A stretch of DNA of 64,000 nt from Phyllobates terribilis (lineage: Eukaryota). Of the stretch, positions 13,444 to 24,712 are shown one piece after another (positions within the stretch are counted from its first letter, which is position 1; the number at the start of each line of letters is the position of its first letter). The DNA lies in contig NW_027362797.1 of NCBI RefSeq assembly GCF_046119375.1, positions 12,400,001 through 12,464,000 on the forward strand, written 5' to 3'. The translations under genes and the position numbers were made by a program. The notes beneath the pieces were generated by a model, which was given only the letters and a program-made list of their open reading frames with translations, was not told where the DNA came from and did no database searches.

Positions 13444-14560
13444 ACCAGCTCACCTCCACACGCCGCAGCCCTCCCGATGATCCGCAGCACTTCCCACACC
13501 TTCCGGTCGGCTGAGGCTGGCGGTGGCGGCCGGAACGGATCTCCTAATTGACTAGGCACCGCCGGGAGAGCGCGAAAACACGTCCACTCACATTGCCTAC
13601 CTGGCTCCGCCCCCCACGGCTACTGAGACTTCACCATGTGGAAGACAGGGTTGTGGTGGTGGTGGCAAACTGACTGGAAGCATTATCTGCTATCCAACCA
13701 ACAACCTTTTCACACTGCTCTGGCTTCAAGAGTGGTGTTCTGTGGCCCCTAGTAATTGGGACAGGAAGGTAGTTCGACATGGTGTGGGTGTTTGTTGTGC
13801 TCCCTCAGCAGACACAGTTTCATCTTGCCCATGGTCTTGGCCTCACCATCACCATCACGTCCACTCCCCCGTCCCTTGCCACGCACCTTGCTAATTTTAA
13901 ATGGAGTATATTTGGCACGCTCCACAAAATGACTGTATTATTACTGCAGTAATATGGGATTACGCATGATGACCACGGTTTTAGGCAGTGGCCTTGTAGT
14001 GTGGTATTGGTCCGCGACCAAGTGTGAGTAGGTTCAACAACACACAGCTGGCAGACTTGAAATGGAGTGTAACATTTGGCAAACTCTAAAAAATTTCACG
14101 ATTATTACAGCAGTAATATCGGATCATGTCTGATGATGGGCAAGTTTCTCTGCTTCCACAATTTTTGGATGTATTTTGCTAACAAGCAAATGGAGCAGTA
14201 AAAATGGTGCACTATATTGCTTTTAAAACAAATAATCAAGATTGTGAGCAAAACAAAAAATTAGCCCTGATATCTAGGGCTATGGATATCTGTAACAGCA
14301 GCAGACAGCATGTGCAATGGACCCTATTCTGCTGTATACACTGTCCACAAACTCTGCCTGCCTAACTCCTGCTGTGATCCGGATTAATATATGCAGCTTG
14401 ATTAGTCCTTAGAAGGACTGTTAGGTCAGATGGATATATATCTTGCTGTGGAATACCTAATACTTCACTAATAATCTGCCATTTCTCTCCCTCACTCATC
14501 AGTATCTCTCCCTAATCTGCCTGTTTCAGGGGTAGACTGTGACGAGCATAGGGTCCCGGG

Positions 14561-14702
14561 TCTTATATAGACCTGATGACGCTATGTGGCCAATCAATCA
14601 CTGTAATGCCACAACCAACATGGCTATGGCATTACAGTGAGTGGCAGGCAATCCCCACATGTTTATTTGCTGTGTAAAGAGCGCCAAACATGCGGGGCGG
14701 GG
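14561..14702 (-). promoter_or_regulatory. Putative hAT transposase promoter (TATA, CCAAT, GC box)
   Basis: ctatataaga on the - strand (14561-14570), ccaat (14590-14594) and ggggcgggg (14694-14702), upstream of the transposase start. Motif evidence only. Confidence 0.4.
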
Positions 14703-15345
14703 ACCCGAGCTCTCTCCTGAGCGTCCCGGAAATACTCGCCGAGCGCCAAGCATCTCCAACAGTGAGATGCTCAGGTAGTTGACTATCGAGCAATTGTGAG
14801 CGTGATAAATTGTAGTAATAAAATTTTAAATTTCTCCAATTTCAAGCAGTGTCATATTTGTAATAAAAATTCTCATGTTGGGAAGTGGGTATACGGGTGT
14901 AGAATGGGCTAATGTGATGCAAATGCCAGGGAGGGATTTCATTACCAGTCCAGGCCTGGTCTCTAAGTAAAGATACTTCTTAGCACTTGAATCCGGATTT
15001 CTTCTAAATACGTAATTATGTTTTTTAATGTGTATAACAGATATTAATAATTTATCTTAGATCATAAAAATATCCTTTTGCATTCCAGCATCTGGTACTG
15101 ATGCTCAGTCTATGGTGCTGTTGCCTTAACTGTTGCTAGGCAACTTCCTTATAAGGTGAAATGCCCCTTTAAGATTCCATCACAAGATTCCATCATGTCA
15201 TCACTGCTATTATGACATCATAATTCACTACCACTACTTATACAAGTGTTTATAGGCCCCCTGTCACAGTGATACCCCGGTGTCATTGTTTTCAGTGTTT
15301 AGCTATTTACTAGTGATATACTGATTGCGCTTGGATTTGATTGAA

Positions 15346-18182
15346 ATGTCTGGAATTCTTCCAGACAAATTTCAGGAGTTGGCACTACTCCAGGGGATTC
15401 TTACCACCTATACCCCTGACATTGTGCTACCACTACCCGATGGCGTCCTCAGCTTCACTTACCGGCTGGTTATGGAGTTGGTAAGGGACTGCCTGACCAA
15501 ATATCACCAAGGTCGCATTACATTTGAATATCTTGAGCATTTACAGCAGAACATCAAGACATTAGTAGAACAGGTAAATAGCAGACAATCTGCACAATTT
15601 ATTATTATTATTGTTGTTATTATTATTAGCAGGATCAAATGTTATTGTTATTATTATTATTGTTATCATTACTATTAGTATAAAGAGGCTTAGATGGTCA
15701 CCCCTATATAGTAGTATGATTAATAGTAATACAATTTAGATTTTCTCCTATGTCAGGCAGGGTTATATTTGTAACAGAGATCCCCAGTGGGTGTAAAAGT
15801 GTAGCTTGGATAGGATTGATACAAATGTCAGGGGTTGATTTCATTCCCAGTCCAGCCCTGATATCTTAGAAAAGATACTTCTTTTAGAACCTGAATCTAG
15901 ATTTCTCAGAAATATCATAAATACGTAATTATGATTTTTACTGTGTATAGTAGATATTAATAATTTACCTTAGAGCATAAAAATACCCTCACTGATCAGA
16001 AGAGAAAAGTACCCATAGCTCTTTCTTACATTCCAGCATCTGGTTCTAATACTTAGAATATGGAGTTGTCACCTTAACTATTGCTAGGCAACGTTCTTTT
16101 AAGTTGAGATACTCTGTTAAGATTCCATCACAACATTCCATCACGGCATCACTGCTATTATGACATCATATTTCACCACCACTGCTTATACAAGTGTATA
16201 TAGCCCTAGTGTAACAGTGATACCCCGTGTATCTAATATTGTATTTAATAATTGTGTATTTAATAATAATTGAATACAAGTTTATTTAAAGGGAACCTGT
16301 CGGGTCCCCCATGCCCTGTAAACCTGCAGTATTCAGCCATGTGTGATAAAAACCCCTCCCTAACCAGCCCTGTGTAGCATAATTCGGGTAAATTAATTAT
16401 TTAAAAAAAGTATTTATAACCTCCACTTTCCCTATGCTAATGAGGGTTTTGACTAGCTGATGGAGCGTTAGTTCCCCAGTCTAGTCAGCTCTCTTCTATG
16501 ATATCCCTTTGGACGTGATAACATAATTTACATGAGCATGGAAGAGGGGTGACTAGTCTGGGGAACTAACAAGCCATCAACTAGTCAAAACCCTCATTAG
16601 CATAGGGAAAGCAGAGCTTATAAATGTTTTTAAAAGAATTTATTTAACCGAATTTATGTTACATGAGGCTAGTTAGGGAAGGGGGTTCTATCACACATGG
16701 CTGAATACGGCGGGTTTACAGGGCATGGGGTATCTGATAGGTTTCTATACCAAATATCCAGCTATGTAGTAATTATAGCTGCAGATAGGAGCAAAATGGT
16801 GACATAAATGGCCTCCTAGATTCTGCACTTTCCCTCATTATTTTCCTTTTCTATATATTTGCATTTTGATAGGCTGAAGAAAAATCCCAAAGTGGAGAAT
16901 TGGCCTTTTTTAAACAACTGGCCCAAAATGTCCTGTGTATACTGAAGAGTCCGGCCCGCTCACCGGAGCACCTGGTAAGGATCCATCGTCTTCTAAATCA
17001 CATGTCCTTGTTGTCTGATCTTCTCCAGATTACCAGTCATATAGCAGAAGGTCAGATTTATGATGTTAGAGGCCTCCCTGTCATCTCCAGCCAGGCACAG
17101 GATATTATGACAGCCTGTTCCTGTGGCTCCATCATCTGTGATGACAGTCTGTACTCAGCGATACGGAGTTTGTATTCTGTATCTGTTTTGCTCGATCATC
17201 ACAATTTTCTTCTGGTAAATGCTGCTGTTCTGATAATAGAAGTTATTAGAGAACAGTTGTAGATACAAGTCCCTTATTTATTAATGTGGATTTACTAGAT
17301 GGGGCGGCTGTGAATAGTCCTCTCAATATTGAAATTATCCAGTAAATCCAGGTTTAGTCCTTCCTGCTTTGTGTATACAGTAATTTAGTATTTGTGAAAT
17401 GTTATACTAATTGTACATATTCTAACCATCAGGAAACATCAGAAGGTGACTCCGAAGAGGGGCAAAACGTGAATATGCCTGACTTTAATATTAGTCAGCT
17501 AGAGGTAGAAAATGATCTGATGGAAGGTAAGCCGATCATCTAATATTTTACATTCAAATATCGAGATATTATAGAGAACCACAGAGAATATGTAGATTTA
17601 TTCTTTATCCTCTGTATAGACTATAATGGAGAGGGCTCATGGAATTCTGCTTCTCTCCTCTGTGCTCTTCTCAGCTCCAAAATGTACAAGGTGGCTCATA
17701 GTTCCCCAATTATGTAATTGTTCAAGAATTAATCAGATCCTGAACAGTCGCACATTTATGGTGCAGTATATCTATCTATGGATGTGCCATACATGTATAC
17801 AGTATGTACAGAATACCATAGACCTAGTTTTATATCATTTACAGAGGTCTTGTCAATTCCTTCATTATATGGATGTGTTGTATATTAAGTACTGATACAG
17901 ACTGATAAATGACATCTCTTCATTATTTTATCATTATTTTAGAAATAACTGTGCCGGCAATTACTGATGGAAAATGTGAGACACCAGAGATCCACGAATC
18001 TGCCAGTGTAAGTATCAGAGAAGTCTGTATATCATCAGATAACGGGGAATGAATTACACATATAATATTACACCCCAGATGACAATGGGATATCTCTGCT
18101 CTTAGGCAGATCAGACCTATTGTGTGTGATGTTATTATTCCTGCTCTCTCCTTTGTGTTGTCCCTTATCCTCCCCTGCCATA

Positions 18183-18268
<86 letters not shown>

Positions 18269-21200
18269 CATGAAGGGTTTCCCCTTATAATATAATAGTG
18301 TCTGCAGAGGGTCAGACTTGCATCACGTCTTCTACATGTGCTGCACTGTAATCAGCAGGGACATAATATAGAAGGGAGACGTTCCTGCATCTGGAGCTTC
18401 TATGTCTTAACATAATTTCTTATTATTTCTAGGCCTTGAACGGATCATTGAATGTGGGGAGAAATCCTTGCAAGACTGACTACAAACCGATCAAACTGAT
18501 CAGCAGTGGAGCTTTTGGGTGAGCCTATGGTTTGGGATAATATACATTTCCTAGGGCTCCTTATGGCGATGCCTCAGTCTCTGTGCCCTGCCAGTACAAT
18601 GTTACCACAGAGAAATTATACGAGTCCACATCACTGTCCACTAGAATTGAGCGGATCTGGCAAAATTCAAATTCGTCTGATCACGCAGACTTTCATCCGA
18701 TTTATGGAGAAGTTATTCTATGCAAATGTATTATTCCTTATTACGCTCTGGATCTCTCCTGACCCCAGAGCCTAATAAATGTAAAAAATGAAAAATACAC
18801 TTACTTACCTTACCACTCAACTCTCCAATCCCTTCACTCCTCACCGTCACTTGTCCAATTCTCACCGCATCATCAGAACACCGCAGCTCAGTCTAGGCCA
18901 GAACTTCTGGCTTTGAGGAGGTCCAGGAGGGTTCTATACAAGCACATGAAGGGTCACAGCGTCATGATGTGATCCTTCATGCACTTGCACAGAATTCTCC
19001 AGGACATCTTCGATGCTGAATGATCCAACCAAGCCTGAGAGACGTTTGGATGTCAGCACTTACAGAAGAGATTTGAGGATGCAGCAAAGTCCAGTCGGTT
19101 GAGTTGGAAGGACTGGAGAGATGAGTGTAAGAATTTGTTTATTTTTTAACATTTTGATGGTCTTTTAAGGTTTAGAAAATAGTGGCCAACGCCTGCCATT
19201 TTGCTCATTGCGTGAGGAAGCAAATTACAAAAAGAAAATCGCCATTTTGGCGAATGCGGATCTTTGTAAAATTTAAGTAGAATTCTATTCCACTCAAATT
19301 TATTTGCTCATCTCTACAATCCACGTCTAATTGTCACTATTCAGGTCATTCAGGATGTGGCATGGATGAGGATCTCCCATAGATGATCATTTATGTAATG
19401 TTATTTCATGGATTTCTAGTGTTGGCCGTACATCTAGTATTAACCATTAGTACAGGAGATCATTTGAAGATGTCTATAAACAGAACGTTAGTAAGAATTC
19501 ATTATAAATCATGGATTTTTCTCCTCTCCAGGACCATCCACTTAGTGCGCCACAAAGACACAAACCAGACATTCGCTATGAAGAAACTGGACAAGCGGAA
19601 CTTGAGAGATCCAATAAGCCTGGAACGTGCCTTTCTAGAGAGGGACATCCTAACATTCTCTGATTGTCCCTTTGTGGCCTCCATGTTCTGCTCCTTTCCA
19701 ACTACCCATCATCTGTGTATGGTCATGGAGTATGTAGCAGGTAGGTCATATCTATCATATCTATATCCAGCCCGGATCTGCTTATCTCTAGCACCTATCT
19801 GTTACCAAGATGCCCGAAAAATTATTATCTCTGTGAAGTCTCCGGCGTACGTCCTCACTGAGCGTGGCAGAAATCTCTACTATGGCTAAAAGGAGGATTT
19901 GACTCTATTATAAGAGTTTGTATAGATGAGCATTTCATAGAGAAAGTAATAAGAGGCTTGTAGATGAAGCCCGGCTCTGCCTTTCTGTATAGGGTCACTC
20001 TGCAGTATATAGTATACGCTCTACATTATACAGTATATAAAGCAAAACCACAAATGTGCAAAAGCTGCAAAACAAGTGCAATGAAACAATGTCCAATATA
20101 AAAACATGAATCTGTATTAGTCACATGGAATCCATAGTTAAAAATAACAAGGTAACTCCTACAACAAAGGGACACTACTACGGCCAAAAAGTATAAGCTA
20201 TACTATGTATCTTACAATTAATAAGCTAAATAAATATATAATTCATAGAGGTGTCAGCAATCTGTCAGCATGGTATAATAGAATCTTGTTGATGTTAATA
20301 TCTAACCATGAGAGGAGAGTGGATAGCTATATGTAAGAAAAAAAGCGCATAGTTGTACTTACACTATATGGTGAATAGACACCGCTTCAACACAGACGGC
20401 TGCAGACTATTATAACACTGCAGACTATTATAACACTGCAGACTATGCTAAAAAATACATCACTGATCAGACAAATTCATGGGCAGAATATAGTAAATAC
20501 TGGTACTCCAATTAACAATTGTGAAGTTCCTCTGTGATCCCTCCTAGAAATGTCGGAATAAGGCTGAATTCATACGTTTGTGTGTCACGGTCTGAGTACA
20601 GACCATTATTCACAGACCGGCCATTGGTCTCCTGACCTGAACTTTACATATTTGCTTATGCGCTTGTTAATTTCGGGTCAATATACCGGCTGCCAGTCCC
20701 TGGATGATGGTTGGACTCAGACCGTGACACACAGATGTGTGAATTCAGCCTTAATGTTATAAATTGTCAGTATAATTCGAGTGTACCAGCAGTCTGTCCG
20801 TGTCCCATTATTTCTCACAATATCAGACTGTGTAAGAACACATCTCATTGAGAAGGGGAAAGGTAAAAACCAGATGTCAGCCGGGACAGCCGGGCAGTCA
20901 GTGCGGTGGCTGGTACCTTCAGAATGCTATTAACCTGCAGATTAAACCCATTGTAACAAACCCTCTCCTGTCATATTTTCTTTCTTCTGTAGGAGGAGAC
21001 TGTGACACTCTCTTGAAACACTGTGGGCGTTTACCTGTCCCCTTGGCTCGTATGTACATCGCAGAAACAGTTTTAGCTGTTGAATACCTGCATAGCTACG
21101 GTGTAATGCACAGAGACCTGAAGCCTTCAAAGTAAGTGACCCTTGATGTACAGTAAATACGAAAAAGTCAGAAATTGTCATAAAGTCTATGGGTTATTAT

Positions 21201-24200
21201 TTGGGGCTTATACCATCCTTTTTTTCACAGTCTCCTGGTAACATCAACCGGTCATATTAAAGTCACCGATTTTGGGCTGTCCAAACTCTGCCTCATGAGA
21301 CCAACATCAAACATCTACAAGGCTCCAACTGAGGACATCACCAGAGAGTTCTGTGATAATGAGGTAGGCACCAACTTTTTCTTTACTGATCTCATATATT
21401 TCTCCTTCTCTGATATTTTCTCATTTAGAAAACATTTCCACTAATGCTATTGGTCACAATTATTTTCACTGATCATCATCTCATTCCTCTGTTGGTTTCC
21501 AGACTTGTGGCACCTATAGTTACACAGCTCCAGAAGTGCTTTTACAGGAAGGCTATGGAAGGCCAGCTGACTGGTGGTCAATTGGAATCATCCTACATAA
21601 ATTTCTTGTAGGACGTGTACCATTTCGTGGGCGTTCCCAATACGAGACTTTGAGCCGTATTTTATGGGGTAAGTAAAAATATCTGAATGATATGTGATGT
21701 CATTGTTTTTTGATTAGGTTGGTTCTGTGGATTAGTTACTTGTGTTAAGGCAAAAGATTTTATTTTTAATAAAGTAAATGAAGAGGTTTCATTTTCTGTA
21801 ATATTTGCTTTTTATATAACAGATGACATAACTTGGAAATTTAATAATTCTGCTCCTTCACCCGATGCTCAAGATATCATCACTGAGCTGCTCAGAAAAG
21901 ATCCAGCATATAGACTTGGGACAGGTAATGTATATAAAAGTATTAATAATAACTTATTACACCTCTGTGACAAGAAAAATTATTACATCCATGAGGATCA
22001 GCACTGAAGTGCTCTACTCTACCAGCTTGTGCATTCTCCATTCTTCATGCTATGACTTTCACTATATTCCCTTCACTTTGGCTCTGTTACATCTTCAGTT
22101 CAGCTTAACATAAAATGTACAGATATGGAACCATCTCCCTGACAATGTCTGTATATCTTTCTATTGTCTTTTATTTTCTAGGAGGAGCAAATGAGATCAA
22201 GATGCATCCATTTCTGGAAAACTTGGACTTTAACAATCTTCTAAGTAAGAAGCCACAGTTCATTCCTCATATTAAGTCAGATGAGGACACCCGCTACTTT
22301 GACAGTAAGTAGAATGAGACGTTATCTTCAGAAAGCTGCTGTTTGTCTTGTCTTTCATTTTATGCGACAATCAGTCTCCATAATTATTATAACCTGGTGA
22401 CTGTCTGTAACTAGTAATCTCTAATAACACTTGTACTTTGCAGCTCGACGTAGCAGATACCAACATAGTGATTTAGATGAGGAAGACTCAAGTGAGGACA
22501 ATGACTGGCCAGAAATCCAAAAGTTTCTATCATCTTCTCATAGGCTTTCTAAAGTAAGTATGTGACCCAAAAGATCAATAAAACCTATAACTAAGATAAA
22601 GTTTAGAACTATACATATATTTTATTTTTCTCCATGCTTTAGCTCTGTTCCATCAATACCAAAATGATGAACAATGAAGAACCCAAGTCACCTCCAGGGT
22701 ATTCCCCAGAAAACGCAAAACATTCAGACATGTGAGTAAATTACTATTATGGGGTTCAAGTCAGATGTATGTTCAGAACACCAAATGCAAGACAAATGTA
22801 ACTCAATACTAAATCCAGGATCCATGACCCCTTGATTGCTCATCACCGTGGTTCTGGCTTGTGAGAATGCTGGTGATAAAAGGTGATCATTGAGACCAGC
22901 CATTCATTTCCAGATCATTACAGGCTAACATTACTAGTGATTCTCCATTCTTGCCGGGAGTCCTGAGCATTGCATCCCCTCCATGTTATCCAAACGTCCT
23001 AACAGGCCTTGCACACAGATGTTCTTCCCTTTTGTATTGTTTTCACTTGTAATTTATATTTTTCTCTTCTACCAAACAGGCAGAAAGAATCTTCCTCTCC
23101 TGAATCTGATGGTGACAAGCAGCGTTTCACTGCCAAAGACAGCCAGTCATCCCCATTGTCAGGTATGTACAGGTCTATTGGCCATCCTATTACAGCCTCA
23201 GATCAAAAAGTGTAATGTGAACGTGCACATAAAGGCTCAGAAAATTACTACCTATAAAACAAAGTACAGTCCAGCACTTCATTGTGTAAAAAACTCACTC
23301 TTTTATATAATGCATTAAGTTATAAGGAGCCATTCAGTCTTCTGCCAAACTGATATTGAATACTGTACCCATGGCTCCATATGAGCCTATACTGATCCTC
23401 CTTATGTCCTTAATGTTACACTGATTATAAGGCAACACTGTGGCATCCTGCAAGTAATGTGATGGTAATAAGGCGTCTGTTATTTTTGCACCATAATAGA
23501 AAGAATATGTCATATCGTATACATAACATAATCTAAGGGTCTGAGAAATAGATTGCCTTGTGATCTGATTAATATAAAAACTGACAACACATATCAGGTT
23601 TTATATTAATCAGTTCACAGGGCAATCTATTTCTCAGACCCTCAGATTATGTTATGTATATATGACATATTCTCTCTATTATGGTGCAATAATAAATTAC
23701 GAGGACTACAGGATACAAGAATAAGATACCTCTATAAAGATACAAAGCTAATCTTTTAGGTGTTTATAATCTACATCTTTTTCTTGATTCTTGATTAGAA
23801 CTTCCAGTTCAGGGGAGAAGAAAATCTGCATTGAGAAAACAACAAGAAGCAGAAAAAGTAGAAGAGGGGAGAAGTAGAAGAGGTAAGTGTGACCACAAGC
23901 TCCATGTTGTGTGATGTCAGTCAGTGAGAAGAAGTCATGTGGAGCAGATGTTCTCTGTCAGTGGTGGGATTGTCACCTGCACAATGACTGACAATGACCC
24001 CGCACCTCTGTAAGGATAAGACTCCTCTACCGTCCTGCCACAGTGACACCACCGTAGTATCCTCTAATATGGAGTGCCATTACTTACATTAGTTATGTCT
24101 CCTCTCATAGGTTCTATCTTCCGTCGGCTGATATCATCCTGCCGGCGAGGATTATCCAGGGCTGCTCATTCCATCAGAGAAAGCTGTATATTTGCAGCCT

Positions 24201-24250
24201 GTCAGCGGGGCAGCATAAACATCTCGAGAGCAGAAAGACCCCACGTCTAG
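15346..24250 (+). CDS. MAST-family (microtubule-associated Ser/Thr kinase-like) AGC kinase lacking PDZ; 650 aa, 16 coding exons
   Basis: Exons assembled by hand: 15346-15573, 16873-16974, 17433-17526, 17943-18007, 18433-18518, 19532-19740, 20993-21131, 21231-21363, 21503-21668, 21823-21924, 22182-22304, 22444-22553, 22643-22731, 23080-23162, 23799-23882, 24111-24250 (1953 nt). All introns are GT-AG, phases are consistent and there is no internal stop. An in-frame TGA at 15322 precedes the ATG. DUF1908-like [16 protein letters not shown]; kinase motifs [45 protein letters not shown]; AGC tail EDTRYFD. No ortholog is assigned, so no symbol is given. Confidence 0.93.
16290..16748. mobile_element. 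Fold-back MITE, Kolobok/T2-like, in intron 1
   Basis: Begins TTAA|agggaacctgtc and ends with degenerate gataggtttc. Long internal inverted arms (ccatgccctgtaaacc...attcagccatgtgtgata versus its reverse complement at 16690-16730). Confidence 0.8.
18186..18263. repeat. (TA)n microsatellite in intron 4
   Basis: Direct reading of the sequence. Confidence 0.97.
18642..19316. mobile_element. Non-autonomous hAT MITE in intron 5
   Basis: TIRs tagaattgagcgg / ttgctcatctcta, similar to the end of the hAT at 38581. Flanks ctgtccac / caatccac match 6 of 8 as a decayed 8-bp TSD. Confidence 0.75.
20562..20750. mobile_element. PIF/Harbinger-like MITE in intron 6
   Basis: ~36-bp near-perfect inverted termini (ggctgaattca.ac...gtgtgtcacggtctgagt), flanked by taa / tta. 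Confidence 0.8.
23486..23689. repeat. ~200-bp near-perfect palindrome (MITE remnant) in intron 14
   Basis: The arm ttgcaccataatagaaagaatatgtcat...attaatataaaa is mirrored by ttttatattaat...atgacatattctctctattatggtgcaa, with a short loop near 23585-23595. Confidence 0.85.
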
Positions 24251-24712
24251 CACCCTGAAGAGGGTGCAGCATGTCCACCATCAAAGCTGCACCTCTATGG
24301 AAGGATTTGTACCATCTGCCTGTGGCCTTCTGACCAGCAAGGAACATCTGCAGAAGAAGAAGGCCCCTCCAAAAACATCTCATCATTCTTCCATGATATT
24401 CTTAATTAAAAAAAAAATCAAATTGAATAATGTTCATTTGTATTTAATGGAATATTACTGACATTCATGGCATATCAGTACGATACGTTATATATGTCTA
24501 GTGCGAGGGGTTACAAACAGGAGAATATCCGTTTCATGTCTTAGATTTACCCTATAAACCTTGGCCAAAAGTGGAGGAGAGGACGAGTGATCCTGTTACA
24601 TCTATGAATGACAGTCAATCCAAGGAAAAACATGTTCTGATCCCTAGATTTTCAAGACACTTGAACCCTTATACCTAAATGTGGCTTTACTTAAGTGTTA
24701 TCCATAGGAAGC

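Larger units (their letters stand above)
8711..13614 (-). mobile_element. L1-clade LINE with 5' end, poly(A) tail and TSD, but lacking the endonuclease
   Basis: Poly(T) at 8711-8723. TSD CACGGCTACTGAGAC at 8696-8710 and 13615-13629 (15-17 bp depending on the tail). The 5' end reads GGGGCGGAGCC on the - strand. ORF1 and ORF2 remnants are present. Confidence 0.95.
6975..13900 (-). pseudogene. hAT transposase remnant (BED finger and C-terminal dimerisation domain; catalytic core deleted; split by L1)
   Basis: BED-like SSRVWLFF...CHASISR...TTTSMLRHMTAMH (7727-7957) and hATC-like WVSKLDTWHELTLYALEILACPAASVLSE (7100-7200). The basic N-terminus is at ~13890. Confidence 0.85.
1030..14800 (-). mobile_element. 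Decayed, internally deleted hAT (Ac/ZBED-type) DNA transposon; hosts the CR1 and L1 insertions
   Basis: Transposase remnants at ~6975-8700 and ~13630-13900, ~120-bp subterminal tandem repeats at 5950-6660, and subterminal-type sequence near 1030 and 14700-14800. No TIRs or TSD found, so the boundaries are approximate. Confidence 0.6.

Noticed and set aside
16900-17262. Extended single-exon ORFs over kinase exons (for example 16900-17262, 19383-19889, 22983-23318)
   Set aside because: Similarity to MAST stops at canonical GT donors; the extensions are intron read-through.
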